Source: a virus (taxonomy: Duplodnaviria; Caudoviricetes). From it: a stretch of DNA of 64,000 nucleotides. The notes under the pieces are model-generated. The model made no database searches and was not told where the DNA came from. It saw only the letters and a list, made by a program, of their open reading frames with translations. The first letter of the stretch is position 1, and each line of letters begins with the position of its first letter. Shown one piece after another: positions 55,570-64,000 of the stretch. The stretch spans positions 8,227 to 72,226 of the IMG/VR virus record IMGVR_UViG_3300029305_011788; one strand, 5' to 3'. Made by a program: the position numbers and the translations under genes.

Positions 55570-56127
55570 ATGGCAAAACTGATATTTCGATACGGTGCGA
55601 TGGGCAGCTCCAAGACCGCCAATGCGCTGATGGTACGGTATAACTATGTGGAGAAAGGCAAGAAGGTCGTTCTGCTGAAGCCGAGATGCGAGGACAGGGA
55701 TGGCGCAAAAGCGATCAAGTCCCGTATCGGCTTGGAGGAACCCTGCGAGTTTGCGGAGGACTTCCTTGCAGACTATAGCGGTGAGCATTATGACTGCATC
55801 ATCGTAGACGAGGTGCAGTTCCTTGCACCGGAGATTATCGACATGCTCAGTGACCTGGTCGATGAGCATGGTATCACCGTCATCTGCTACGGTCTGCGGA
55901 CGGACTTCCAAAGCCATTTGTTCCCCGGCGCAAAGCGACTCATGGAACTGGCTGACGATATAGAGCAGATCAAGACGATATGCTGGTGTGGTAAGAGGGC
56001 ACATTTCAATGCCCGTATCATGGACGGAAAGATGATCACTGAAGGAGAACAGGTGCAGCTCGGAGGAAACGAGAGCTACACGGCGCTTTGCCGCAAACAC
56101 TATAAGCTGCGAATGATCGAGGGCTGA
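55570..56127 (+). CDS. tdk: Thymidine kinase
   Basis: YGAMGSSKT, IIVDEVQFL, CYGLRTDF, KTICWCG, YTALCRKHY. Confidence 0.95.
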   Translation: MAKLIFRYGAMGSSKTANALMVRYNYVEKGKKVVLLKPRCEDRDGAKAIKSRIGLEEPCEFAEDFLADYSGEHYDCIIVDEVQFLAPEIIDMLSDLVDEHGITVICYGLRTDFQSHLFPGAKRLMELADDIEQIKTICWCGKRAHFNARIMDGKMITEGEQVQLGGNESYTALCRKHYKLRMIEG

Positions 56128-56141
56128 AAGGTCGTGATTTC

Positions 56142-56774
56142 ATGTGTACCCGCTTTTATGTAGAGCCTGCGTATTATGCTCCAATTATCAGTAGAGCACA
56201 GAAGCTGAAGCTCGCTGACGACATGATGAGACATCTCAGCAAACCGCTTACCATGTCAGGCGAGATGCGACCGACCGATGTTGCGGCAGTTCTTGCACCG
56301 AATAAGGAGGGCAATGTATCGGTTTTCCCAATGATATGGGGATTCAGCCACGAGGCAACCGATGCTCCAATCGTCAACTGCCGCTTGGAAACAGCAAGCC
56401 AGAAGGAAATGTGGAAGGACTCGTGGTATCGACGGCGGTGCGTGATTCCGTGTAGCTGGTATTTCGAGTGGGAGCATTTCAGAAGCCCTGACGGAAAGCG
56501 TTCAAAGGTCGGAGACAAGTATCTGATACAGCCGAAAGGATCCGAATCTACGCTGCTTGCCGGATTGTATCGGATTGAGCAACGAAATGGGGTAGATTGC
56601 CCTGTGTTCTCAGTTCTCACAAGGAATGCTGTTGGAGATTTACGAGGGATTCATGACAGGATGCCGCTGATCCTGCGGCGAGAGGATATAGCTACATGGG
56701 TGCGACCAGACGGGAATCCGCAGGAGATAGCTGAGAAAGGCTTGACGGAGATGTGCTTTGATAAGGCGCAATGA
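56142..56774 (+). CDS. SRAP (YedK/HMCES-like) abasic-site protein
   Basis: N-terminal MCTRF, NCRLET, RRCVIP, YFEW, IHDRMPLIL. Confidence 0.9.
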   Translation: MCTRFYVEPAYYAPIISRAQKLKLADDMMRHLSKPLTMSGEMRPTDVAAVLAPNKEGNVSVFPMIWGFSHEATDAPIVNCRLETASQKEMWKDSWYRRRCVIPCSWYFEWEHFRSPDGKRSKVGDKYLIQPKGSESTLLAGLYRIEQRNGVDCPVFSVLTRNAVGDLRGIHDRMPLILRREDIATWVRPDGNPQEIAEKGLTEMCFDKAQ

Positions 56775-56866
56775 AGAAAAAACTTTGATAGGCAAGAAAA
56801 AGGAAAATCAGGTATTGAAAAAGACAGGATCGTATGGTATAATAGAAATATTAGCATTATCAGGGA

Positions 56867-57862
56867 GTGAACACAATGCAAAAACCACTGACATGTGTTG
56901 AAATATGCGCCGGAGCAGGTGGACAGGCGCTCGGCTTGGCAATGGCCGGATTTGTCCATGTAGCTTTGGTTGAATATGAAGAAGAGTATTGCCAAACACT
57001 GAGGGACAATCGTCCTGAATGGAATGTGATATGTGCAGATGTACATGATTTTGATGGACGCCCATACAAGGGTGTAGACCTTTTAGCAGGCGGTGTTCCA
57101 TGTCCCCCATTTTCGGTAGCAGGAAAGCAGCTTGGTGCTGATGATGAGAGGGATCTGTTTCCAGAAGCGATTCGGCTAATTGGAGAGATACGGCCCCGCG
57201 CTGTTATGCTTGAAAATGTGCGCGGTTTTCTCAGTCCTGAATTTGACGAATACCGAGAGCGTATATTCAATGAGATCCGTGCATTGGGATATGATCCGCA
57301 GATCAAGTTGCTTAATGCATCTGATTTTGGTGTACCGCAGCTTCGTCCAAGAATCGTCATAATTGCGATTCGTAACGATCAAAACAGATCCTTTTCTTAT
57401 CCGGAAACATTCACAGAGACCGCACCTACTGTCGGTGACACATTATATGATCTAATGAAGGCAAATGGGTGGAGCGGTGCAAAAAAATGGGCAAAAGGTG
57501 CAAACCGTATCGCCCCCACGCTTGTAGGCGGCTCCAAGAAACACGGCGGTCCGGACTTAGGTCCCACAAGAGCTAGAAAAGCGTGGGCTGAGCTTGGTGT
57601 AGATGGCTGTGGTATTGCCAATGAAGCACCTGCAGAGGATTTTGAAGGCATGCCTCGTCTCACTAGCAGAATGATGGCAAGACTTCAAGGATTCCCGGAT
57701 ACATGGACATTCGGAAAGAAAAAAACATGCGCTTGCCGTATGATTGGTAATGCTTTCCCGCCACCCGTTGCGCGAGCAGTAGGAATTAAACTTAAGGAGT
57801 GTTTACAAAATGAACGCACTGATCTCGGATGCCAGATTCAGCTTTCACAAGAAGCTATTTGA
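56867..57862 (+). CDS. C5 methyltransferase of type II R-M system (NgoMIV-like)
   Basis: EICAGAGGQALG, GGVPCPPFS, ENVRG, QLRPR, RLQGFPD, IGNAFPPPVA. Confidence 0.92.
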   Translation: MNTMQKPLTCVEICAGAGGQALGLAMAGFVHVALVEYEEEYCQTLRDNRPEWNVICADVHDFDGRPYKGVDLLAGGVPCPPFSVAGKQLGADDERDLFPEAIRLIGEIRPRAVMLENVRGFLSPEFDEYRERIFNEIRALGYDPQIKLLNASDFGVPQLRPRIVIIAIRNDQNRSFSYPETFTETAPTVGDTLYDLMKANGWSGAKKWAKGANRIAPTLVGGSKKHGGPDLGPTRARKAWAELGVDGCGIANEAPAEDFEGMPRLTSRMMARLQGFPDTWTFGKKKTCACRMIGNAFPPPVARAVGIKLKECLQNERTDLGCQIQLSQEAI

Positions 57863-58685
57863 ATCAAACACACTGGCACTAACGACGGCAGGTGTCGCAT
57901 CGAATGCAGATACCAGCAGCAAAGCTTCCAAGGCTATCTCAGGTCGAATCATAGAAATCCTCGTTGAGGAGCAGGGACATTCTGCAAATGCAGTTGATAA
58001 GATCTCAGGTCAGACGCTCGGAAAGCTGTTTGAAACGCTTACTATGGAATTTCTGCGAGACACCTTTCCGAGACTGCAAAACCTCCGTCCTGGTACATGG
58101 ACGATTCTTCAGCTTGGAAACAATAATAAGCTCAAGACTAGCGATTTCGCACAGTATGAACATCTTGCATATTTGAGTACGATGACATCTCAGAATGCAC
58201 AGCTTGCTGCGGCTCTTGGAAATGATTATCTCGTTGCTCCTGATGTTGTAATCTATCGGGATACATATGAGGATGATGAAATTAACACAAATGAGCTTGT
58301 TGTAAATGATGATGTTTGCCGTATGACAGATATTCGTAAGTCAAATGGCGGAAAACCAATTCTCCATGCGAGTGTCTCTGCAAAGTTTACGATGAGAAGT
58401 GATCGTGCGCAAAACAGTCGTACTGAGGCACTGAATCTTATCAGAAATCGAAAGGGACATCTCCCACATATTGTAGTGGTGACTGCTGAACCAATGCCGA
58501 ATCGAATTGCTTCTCTTGCATTGGGGACTGGTGACATCGACTGTGTATATCACTTTGCTCTCTACGAGCTAATCCGAGCTGTTAAGGAAGTCGGCTCTGA
58601 AGATGCTGTTGAAACGCTCGAAACATTGGTACAGGGTAAACGGCTAAAAGATATCTCTGATCTTCCACTTGATTTGACAGTATAA
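57810..58685 (+). CDS. NgoMIV-family restriction endonuclease (GCCGGC predicted)
   Basis: LHASVSAKFTMRSDRAQNSRTEALNLIRNRKGHLPHIVVVTAEP...GTGDIDCVYH closely resembles NgoMIV. Confidence 0.88.
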   Translation: MNALISDARFSFHKKLFESNTLALTTAGVASNADTSSKASKAISGRIIEILVEEQGHSANAVDKISGQTLGKLFETLTMEFLRDTFPRLQNLRPGTWTILQLGNNNKLKTSDFAQYEHLAYLSTMTSQNAQLAAALGNDYLVAPDVVIYRDTYEDDEINTNELVVNDDVCRMTDIRKSNGGKPILHASVSAKFTMRSDRAQNSRTEALNLIRNRKGHLPHIVVVTAEPMPNRIASLALGTGDIDCVYHFALYELIRAVKEVGSEDAVETLETLVQGKRLKDISDLPLDLTV

Positions 58686-58779
58686 AACAAAAGTGTTCGG
58701 CTCGACTGCTTATGTCATGTAGATATTAGGAGTCTGAGCCGAACACTATATATCAACATATGCTTACGGGGGTGAAGTA

Positions 58780-59004
58780 ATGCCAAAAGAACCCATGATC
58801 GACCGCGATACCTACCGCACCATAAAGAAGATGTCCCGTGAGGAGCTGCAAGCCTTTCTCATACGGCATGCTGACGGTTTAAGAGAGGACGCACCTACGC
58901 TTGACCTGAGAGAGCTGGAGAAAGACATCAAGGGTGTGAAAGGTATCGGAGAGAAGCGTGCAGAGGAGATCATGCAGATCATAGAGCGTCATCTTGGCGT
59001 ATAA
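58780..59004 (+). CDS. 74-aa helix-hairpin-helix protein
   Basis: IKGVKGIGEKRAEEI HhH motif. Confidence 0.7.
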   Translation: MPKEPMIDRDTYRTIKKMSREELQAFLIRHADGLREDAPTLDLRELEKDIKGVKGIGEKRAEEIMQIIERHLGV

Positions 59005-59022
59005 AAGAACGGAGGTGCTGCG

Positions 59023-60372
59023 ATGGCTTCTAACAACAGATATTCTACCGTTGATACGAAAGATCTTGTAGCAACTATAGCCTATCTCATAGGTGTGAAG
59101 AAACACATTGTCGAAAAGTGCTTCGATGCGGAATGCCATGAGCTGTTACAGAAATTGTACAGCTCCCAGGCAGCTACGACAATCCGCTATCTCTGTAAGC
59201 TACGGACAGCTCTGTTCCTGAAATACAAGAAGACCGACTATGAGATGCGGAACAATCTGAAGAACCTGAACACGCTTGAATGGTATGATGCTGATAATAT
59301 CGCTCAGCTCGAAAAATGGGGCATTCCGATCATCAAGGCAAACTATCGCTCCGAAAAATATATGCTCGACCTCAACAAGCTGATCGCCAACCACATAGAC
59401 GATGTGGCAGCACTGATTCCTGACTGGTGCGAGTGGCAGTACATACGGGAGCTGTTCGTCATACCGCATTATAACAACCCTATTGCGCTGAAGCGTGAGT
59501 TTGAAAAATATATGACGAGTAAGATGTACTATCCGTTTCAGGTCTACATATACTGGACGCCCTTTGACTGTGGTTCCATGCTGCTTTCCGACCGGAAGTT
59601 CCTGCAAATCATATACGGCTTACATCATGATTCCTTTGAGGATCCCAGCAAATACCGAGATGCGACCGAGGAGACCAAGAACAACATCTACACGTTCATT
59701 CGCAACAGTATGCGGACGGTCATCGCTGTAGACTGCGAGAATTCTGATGTTTATAAGCTGTATGCCACACTGAGGAACCTCGATCAGAGTGAGCTGGATA
59801 AGATAGAGAAGATCTATCTGTACGATGACCACCACACGACCGTCGGATGGCAATGGCTCGATAAGTTTACCGAAATTCCAGTGGAGCATATCCTGATAGA
59901 CCGTGTCACGGAGCGAAAGAGCCTTGTTGATATTGTCATGACTGCCGGTGTCTGTCAGAGCCACTTTGCAGAGGGCATCGATAGCTTCATCCTCGTGTCC
60001 AGTGACTCGGACTTCTGGGGACTGATCACCTCGCTGCCGAACGCAAGGTTCCTCGTCATGTACGAATACGAGAACTGCGGCAGAGCGATAAAGAACGCTT
60101 TAGAAGAGCATGATATCTATTATTGTGCTATCGATGACTTCTGTTCCGGAAATGTTGACGGCTTCAAACGGGCGGTTCTGCTCGGTCTATTACAGAAATA
60201 TTTGCCGGACATACTGTATCTGAACGGTAAGGAGCTGGTTGAGCATCTTTACGAGGAAGCGTGGATCGAGGGCACGGACAGCGAGAAGAAGCATTTCTAC
60301 GATAGGTATGTCAAAACACTGAGCCTGAAAGTTGACGGTGACGGAAACTTTACGGTTGAGGTGAAGAAATAG
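59023..60372 (+). CDS. Protein with C-terminal NYN (PIN-like) domain
   Basis: AVDCEN, KSLVD, ILVSSDSDF acidic tetrad pattern. Confidence 0.75.
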   Translation: MASNNRYSTVDTKDLVATIAYLIGVKKHIVEKCFDAECHELLQKLYSSQAATTIRYLCKLRTALFLKYKKTDYEMRNNLKNLNTLEWYDADNIAQLEKWGIPIIKANYRSEKYMLDLNKLIANHIDDVAALIPDWCEWQYIRELFVIPHYNNPIALKREFEKYMTSKMYYPFQVYIYWTPFDCGSMLLSDRKFLQIIYGLHHDSFEDPSKYRDATEETKNNIYTFIRNSMRTVIAVDCENSDVYKLYATLRNLDQSELDKIEKIYLYDDHHTTVGWQWLDKFTEIPVEHILIDRVTERKSLVDIVMTAGVCQSHFAEGIDSFILVSSDSDFWGLITSLPNARFLVMYEYENCGRAIKNALEEHDIYYCAIDDFCSGNVDGFKRAVLLGLLQKYLPDILYLNGKELVEHLYEEAWIEGTDSEKKHFYDRYVKTLSLKVDGDGNFTVEVKK

Positions 60373-60386
60373 GAGTGTGATCTGCA

Positions 60387-60881
60387 ATGAAAAGAGTTCT
60401 CGTTAAATCTGTTCACGGAGCATTCGGCTATGTCATGGAGCATTATTATCCTTTTGGCATGGCTGATGAAGCCGCAGAGCAGGGAGCGCTGACCGATACA
60501 TACGCAGTAATCTCGATTCAGGACAGCCACACAGGAGGGTTCGGTGTGAGATTTGCAGAGAACCAGTTCTGCAAAGGCGTTCTTACGCTACTATTCGATG
60601 ATATCGTAACAGAGATAGACGGAGCTGTTCTGTTCGATGATGATATGGCAGAGAGCATTATAGAATTTATCGAACAGCATAAAGCGACGGTTGATACGCT
60701 TTTAGTTCACTGCTATGCCGGACAGTCACGATCCAGAGCAGTCGGAGCATTTGCGGTAGAGATGCTCGGCGGCGACAATAGCAAGTATTTTGAAGAAGGT
60801 AACGCTCCGAATATGTATGTTTATGATGTTCTGGAGAGTGCGTGGGTTAGAAGACAGTTGAGTATGCTGTCGGCGGAATAG
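60387..60881 (+). CDS. Cys-based (PTP/DSP-like) phosphatase
   Basis: VISIQD, LLVHCYAGQSRSRAV, PNMYV. Confidence 0.8.
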   Translation: MKRVLVKSVHGAFGYVMEHYYPFGMADEAAEQGALTDTYAVISIQDSHTGGFGVRFAENQFCKGVLTLLFDDIVTEIDGAVLFDDDMAESIIEFIEQHKATVDTLLVHCYAGQSRSRAVGAFAVEMLGGDNSKYFEEGNAPNMYVYDVLESAWVRRQLSMLSAE

Positions 60882-60882
60882 T

Positions 60883-61045
60883 TGACGGACAATTTACGTT
60901 TTAGCGGTTGTGAGGTATAGTCCCACAGCCGCTTTTTTATTTGACGGTCTTTTTCCGTTTTAGTAGTGGTCGTAGTTGGAGCTGACGGAGAGCGTCCGTT
61001 AGAGCGCCACCATTCACACAGCAATCTGACGGACGATTTCCGTTA
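60883..61045. repeat. Four TGACGG-N7-CCGTT(A/T) palindromic sites
   Basis: Copies start at 60883, 60942, 60983, 61027. Confidence 0.7.
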
Positions 61046-61257
61046 AAAAGCATGCCAACATAACATATCACGTACAATCACCAGATATAAGCGAGGTTTT
61101 GACTCATATATCTGGTGGTTTTATATCTTGATTTCTCCCATAAAACAGAGTAATATATGATACTGATACCCAGAGTATAGGAATGATTGCCCATAAGAAT
61201 GCAAATAGCCACACCGCTGATGTAGCGATATGACTGATGAAATCCAAGATTCTATCA

Positions 61258-61285
61258 CAAAATAACACCTTTTGCGAAGGGTGCA
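61258..61285. repeat. Left 28-bp inverted repeat
   Basis: CAAAATAACACCTTTTGCGAAGGGTGCA, exact reverse complement of 62577-62604. Confidence 0.95.
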
Positions 61286-61322
61286 ACCGTACTTATTAAG
61301 TTTTCAAGTTGCCTCTCTTTTT

Positions 61323-62396
61323 TCAAAAAGCCATCTGAACACGCTTCATATACTCTCTCTTCTGCTCAAAAGAGCTATGAACATAGCGATTCAGCGTGAT
61401 TTCCACAGAACTATGCCCCAGAAGTTCGCTCAGAGCTTTAACATCAAAGCCCAACTTGATGCAATTTGAAGCGAAAATGTGGCGCAGAGCATGAAAATGG
61501 ACTGACGGAAGTTTTGCGTTTTTCAGGATCGTCCGGAAGCGATACTGCATTGCTCTCGGCTCAATCGGCTTTTCGGTGCCGGTCAGGATATATTCGTTGG
61601 GTTTTCCCTTGAATTTAAGCAAAAAGCTCACCATGCACTCCGGAATCGGAATCTGTCTGTGGGAAGATTCGCTTTTCGGATCGGTAATGATGAGCTTTGT
61701 TTTACTAAATGCGCTCGGACACTGGATACGCTGCATGGTCTTGCTGACGGTCAATATCCGTTTTTCGAGGTCGATATCGCGCCACTGAAGCGGACACAGT
61801 TCTCCTATGCGGAGCCCAGTGGTCATGGAAAGGGCTGTTCCCATCGTACTTCGATTCTGGTGAGCCCCAATATACTGCTGCAAGGTCTTCTGTTCTGCTT
61901 CGTCAAGAAGCTGAATCTCAGGAGACTTACTTTTTGGCACCACAATTCCATCCAGAGGATTAAAAATCTGGTAGGTTCTGACAGCATATTTGAAGATAGT
62001 TTTCATCAAAATCACAATATCGGCAATATATCGGGGTGAAAAACCGGCTTTCTGCTTCTCTGCGATGAAGTCATAGATCTGATTAGCAGTTAGGTTACTG
62101 ACAGCCATATCTCCGAAGGCTGGAAGAATATGCTTGTCCGCTTTCATGGTATAGTTTGCAGCCGTGGATTCCTTTACACGGTGAAGGATACTGCGGTGCC
62201 ACTCGGAAAACAGCTCTGTAATGGTCATGGTGCAGTATCCTTGAGGTTTGTTTTGTTGACAAATGGCTTGAACACGCTCGATGCACTGCTCTTTGGTTCG
62301 AGCAAGGACATATAAAAACGCCCTTTTTCCGTCAGGCTTCTTGCCATTTGGCACCCTCGACTCGTACCGACCGTCCTTGCGCAAGTATAGATTCAT
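61323..62396 (-). CDS. Tyrosine recombinase/integrase
   Basis: TGLRIGEL, PKSESSHRQIPI, FHALRH, LLGHSS, NRYVH catalytic set intact. Confidence 0.93.
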   Translation of the reverse strand: MNLYLRKDGRYESRVPNGKKPDGKRAFLYVLARTKEQCIERVQAICQQNKPQGYCTMTITELFSEWHRSILHRVKESTAANYTMKADKHILPAFGDMAVSNLTANQIYDFIAEKQKAGFSPRYIADIVILMKTIFKYAVRTYQIFNPLDGIVVPKSKSPEIQLLDEAEQKTLQQYIGAHQNRSTMGTALSMTTGLRIGELCPLQWRDIDLEKRILTVSKTMQRIQCPSAFSKTKLIITDPKSESSHRQIPIPECMVSFLLKFKGKPNEYILTGTEKPIEPRAMQYRFRTILKNAKLPSVHFHALRHIFASNCIKLGFDVKALSELLGHSSVEITLNRYVHSSFEQKREYMKRVQMAF

Positions 62397-62489
62397 GGTG
62401 ACTCCTCCTTGATTTCTCCTGATTGTTTAATATGAACGGATAATAATCCACAGTATAGAAATTTTCTTTGCAAAATCTCATAAAGTCCC

Positions 62490-62518
62490 TTGATTTTCCT
62501 GTCGATTTATGTTATAAT
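62490..62518 (+). promoter_or_regulatory. Outward-facing sigma-A promoter inside the inverted-repeat segment
   Basis: TTGATT-17-TATAAT with TG extension, 58 nt inside the right repeat. Confidence 0.8.
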
Positions 62519-62576
62519 ACTAACTGTAGATTGATTCGAAGGATTTGTCAAGGATGTGGATAGGCAAGATTGGCTA

Positions 62577-62604
62577 TGCACCCTTCGCAAAAGGTGTTAT
62601 TTTG
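62577..62604. repeat. Right 28-bp inverted repeat
   Basis: TGCACCCTTCGCAAAAGGTGTTATTTTG. Confidence 0.95.
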
Positions 62605-62641
62605 CGAATGTTCTATTTGTTTTTTAGTAGTTTAAATTCGG

Positions 62642-64000
62642 TTGGTGATAAATGTGAATTGGGAAGTTTTTATTGCTTATCATGGTAGCTTTCAAGGTAG
62701 TGGGGGGTCAAAAGAAAAAGCAAGAGAAATATTCGATTTTCTAAAAGGTCAAAATGGCATTAATTGTTACTTTTATCCAGAATGCGAAGAAGGAAAATTT
62801 GGTAACACGCCTAAAGAGGCAGCACACAGTCGTTTATTTCTTTTAGTTGCTAATAGGAACATAGCTGGTAAACTTGATATAACAAGTGGCGAAATCAAGG
62901 AAGGTGAACCAATTTACGAAGAAATAGATGCATTTTATCAAAACAAAATGCATCTAAAAAAAGGGAGTAATGGGATTCTACGTGTATATTGTTACGATGG
63001 TTATAGAGATGCGGATGCTGATTTGCTTTTCCCTGTTGCCACAAAAAATGTTGAACATTTTGATGAGGAAAGGGACGGCGGTGAGGAAAAGACATTTACT
63101 AAACTATTGGAATGGATCACGAATTCTTCTCGTGCCAGAAGTGAACATCTGAATGAAGCAACGGAAAAAGATGCATCATCAGAGATGAGTATACCTCTCA
63201 CTATTCCTAATGTCCATAAGGGTAAAAATAAAATCTTTGAATGGTTTCACTATGTTTTTACACAACATTCTTGGCTTATAATAAGCATTATAGTCCTCTT
63301 GGTATCTATTGTTGTATATTTTAGCGGAATTATCACTCATAAAAATATATATTTTTCAGTAGTGTTTTGGATGCTTTCAGTGATGATTGTAATCATTACT
63401 CGCCTAATGTCATGGACGAAAAAATTTCTCTCAATGGGATTCCGAAAGATATATTGCTCAGCAGTATTCGGCGAGGCTAAACCTCAAAACATTATGAAGA
63501 GTTCAAAAAGAAAAATACGATTCTTAGGGATTGCTTCATCAAAGTGGCTCAGAGATGAAAGTCTCTTTAAAGAAACCTTGATGAGGCTATGTTCAGATGA
63601 TTGTGGAGGAATGGAGTTTTTATTATTAAATCCCAACTCGGAATATGCGAAAAGAATGGATTTGGCCTGTAAATCAGGTGACAGACTAACAAGCGAAAGC
63701 ATTAATCAATGTTTAGATATAATAAGTCGCATTGTGAGAGAAGTTTGTTTAGAAAAGGGGCTAAAAGAAATAAAGGCTTTTTCGGTTAGGCTTTACTCTC
63801 ATTATCCAATTTATCGTATAATTATCTCAGATGATGACAGGATATTCCTTAGTTTCTATAGTGCTGGAATAAGCGGAAACAACAATTACCAAATAAAAGT
63901 CGATGGCCATAAAAGCAATAATGTTTACCCATGTTTAATAAATTATTACAATCAATTATGGAATGATGAATCAACAGTAATCTATAGCATAAAAAAATAA
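62642..64000 (+). CDS. TIR-like domain + two TM helices + DUF5919/PLD-like domain; candidate defence protein
   Basis: VFIAY, INCYF, SRLFLLV, IYEEID TIR pattern; hydrophobic hairpin; KIRFLGI, EFLLLNPNS, RLYSHYP, RIFLSFY; AT-rich. Confidence 0.65.
   Translation: MVINVNWEVFIAYHGSFQGSGGSKEKAREIFDFLKGQNGINCYFYPECEEGKFGNTPKEAAHSRLFLLVANRNIAGKLDITSGEIKEGEPIYEEIDAFYQNKMHLKKGSNGILRVYCYDGYRDADADLLFPVATKNVEHFDEERDGGEEKTFTKLLEWITNSSRARSEHLNEATEKDASSEMSIPLTIPNVHKGKNKIFEWFHYVFTQHSWLIISIIVLLVSIVVYFSGIITHKNIYFSVVFWMLSVMIVIITRLMSWTKKFLSMGFRKIYCSAVFGEAKPQNIMKSSKRKIRFLGIASSKWLRDESLFKETLMRLCSDDCGGMEFLLLNPNSEYAKRMDLACKSGDRLTSESINQCLDIISRIVREVCLEKGLKEIKAFSVRLYSHYPIYRIIISDDDRIFLSFYSAGISGNNNYQIKVDGHKSNNVYPCLINYYNQLWNDESTVIYSIKK

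Larger units (their letters stand above)
1..60881. mobile_element. Temperate siphovirus-type prophage (left end runs off the window; right boundary uncertain)
   Basis: Co-oriented replication, packaging, HK97-type head and tail modules on minus strand; divergent repressor block on plus strand; no lysis genes or att sites seen in window. Confidence 0.85.

Noticed and set aside
61323-62396. Tyrosine recombinase as the prophage integrase
   Set aside because: It is enclosed by inverted, not direct, repeats and no attL/attR pair is visible; the phage integrase may lie outside the window.
61255-62610. Inverted repeats as IS terminal repeats
   Set aside because: No adjacent target-site duplication is visible and the enzyme is a tyrosine recombinase, not a DDE transposase; not fully excluded.
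1-64000. Diversity-generating retroelement, retron, tRNA or rRNA
   Set aside because: No reverse-transcriptase motifs, no adenine-variable repeat pair and no tRNA/rRNA-like sequence noticed by eye.

Overview
Most of the window (1 to about 60.9 kb) is a large temperate siphovirus-type prophage. Gene content and anaerobic ribonucleotide reductase suggest an anaerobic Bacillota/Clostridia host (inference). On the minus strand it runs from replication (sigma-like factor, DUF2800, DUF2815, PolA, SNF2, primase-helicase) through metK, HNH and a candidate cos, then a 22-kb accessory block, then terS, terL (with a class-3-type intein), HK97-type head genes, tail genes and the tape measure gene. The accessory block holds nrdDG, four methyltransferases, a PAPS-reductase-family gene and an array of small-gene cassettes. 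A back-to-back promoter switch at 54.4 kb drives a plus-strand cargo block: CI-like repressor, tdk, SRAP, NgoMIV-like R-M pair, and an HhH/NYN/phosphatase trio. Two structures stand out. (1) At 61258-62604 a tyrosine recombinase gene plus a consensus outward-facing promoter lie between perfect 28-bp inverted repeats, directly upstream of a TIR-2TM fusion gene; this looks like a self-flipping ON/OFF switch for a candidate defence gene. (2) At 15.1-25.0 kb eleven copies of a conserved promoter/leader module and six copies of an 88-91 bp imperfect hairpin punctuate about 20 small unrelated genes, with a twelfth inverted copy at 32.3 kb. Family names are from motif recognition, not database searches. 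No CRISPR array, rRNA, tRNA or reverse transcriptase was seen.
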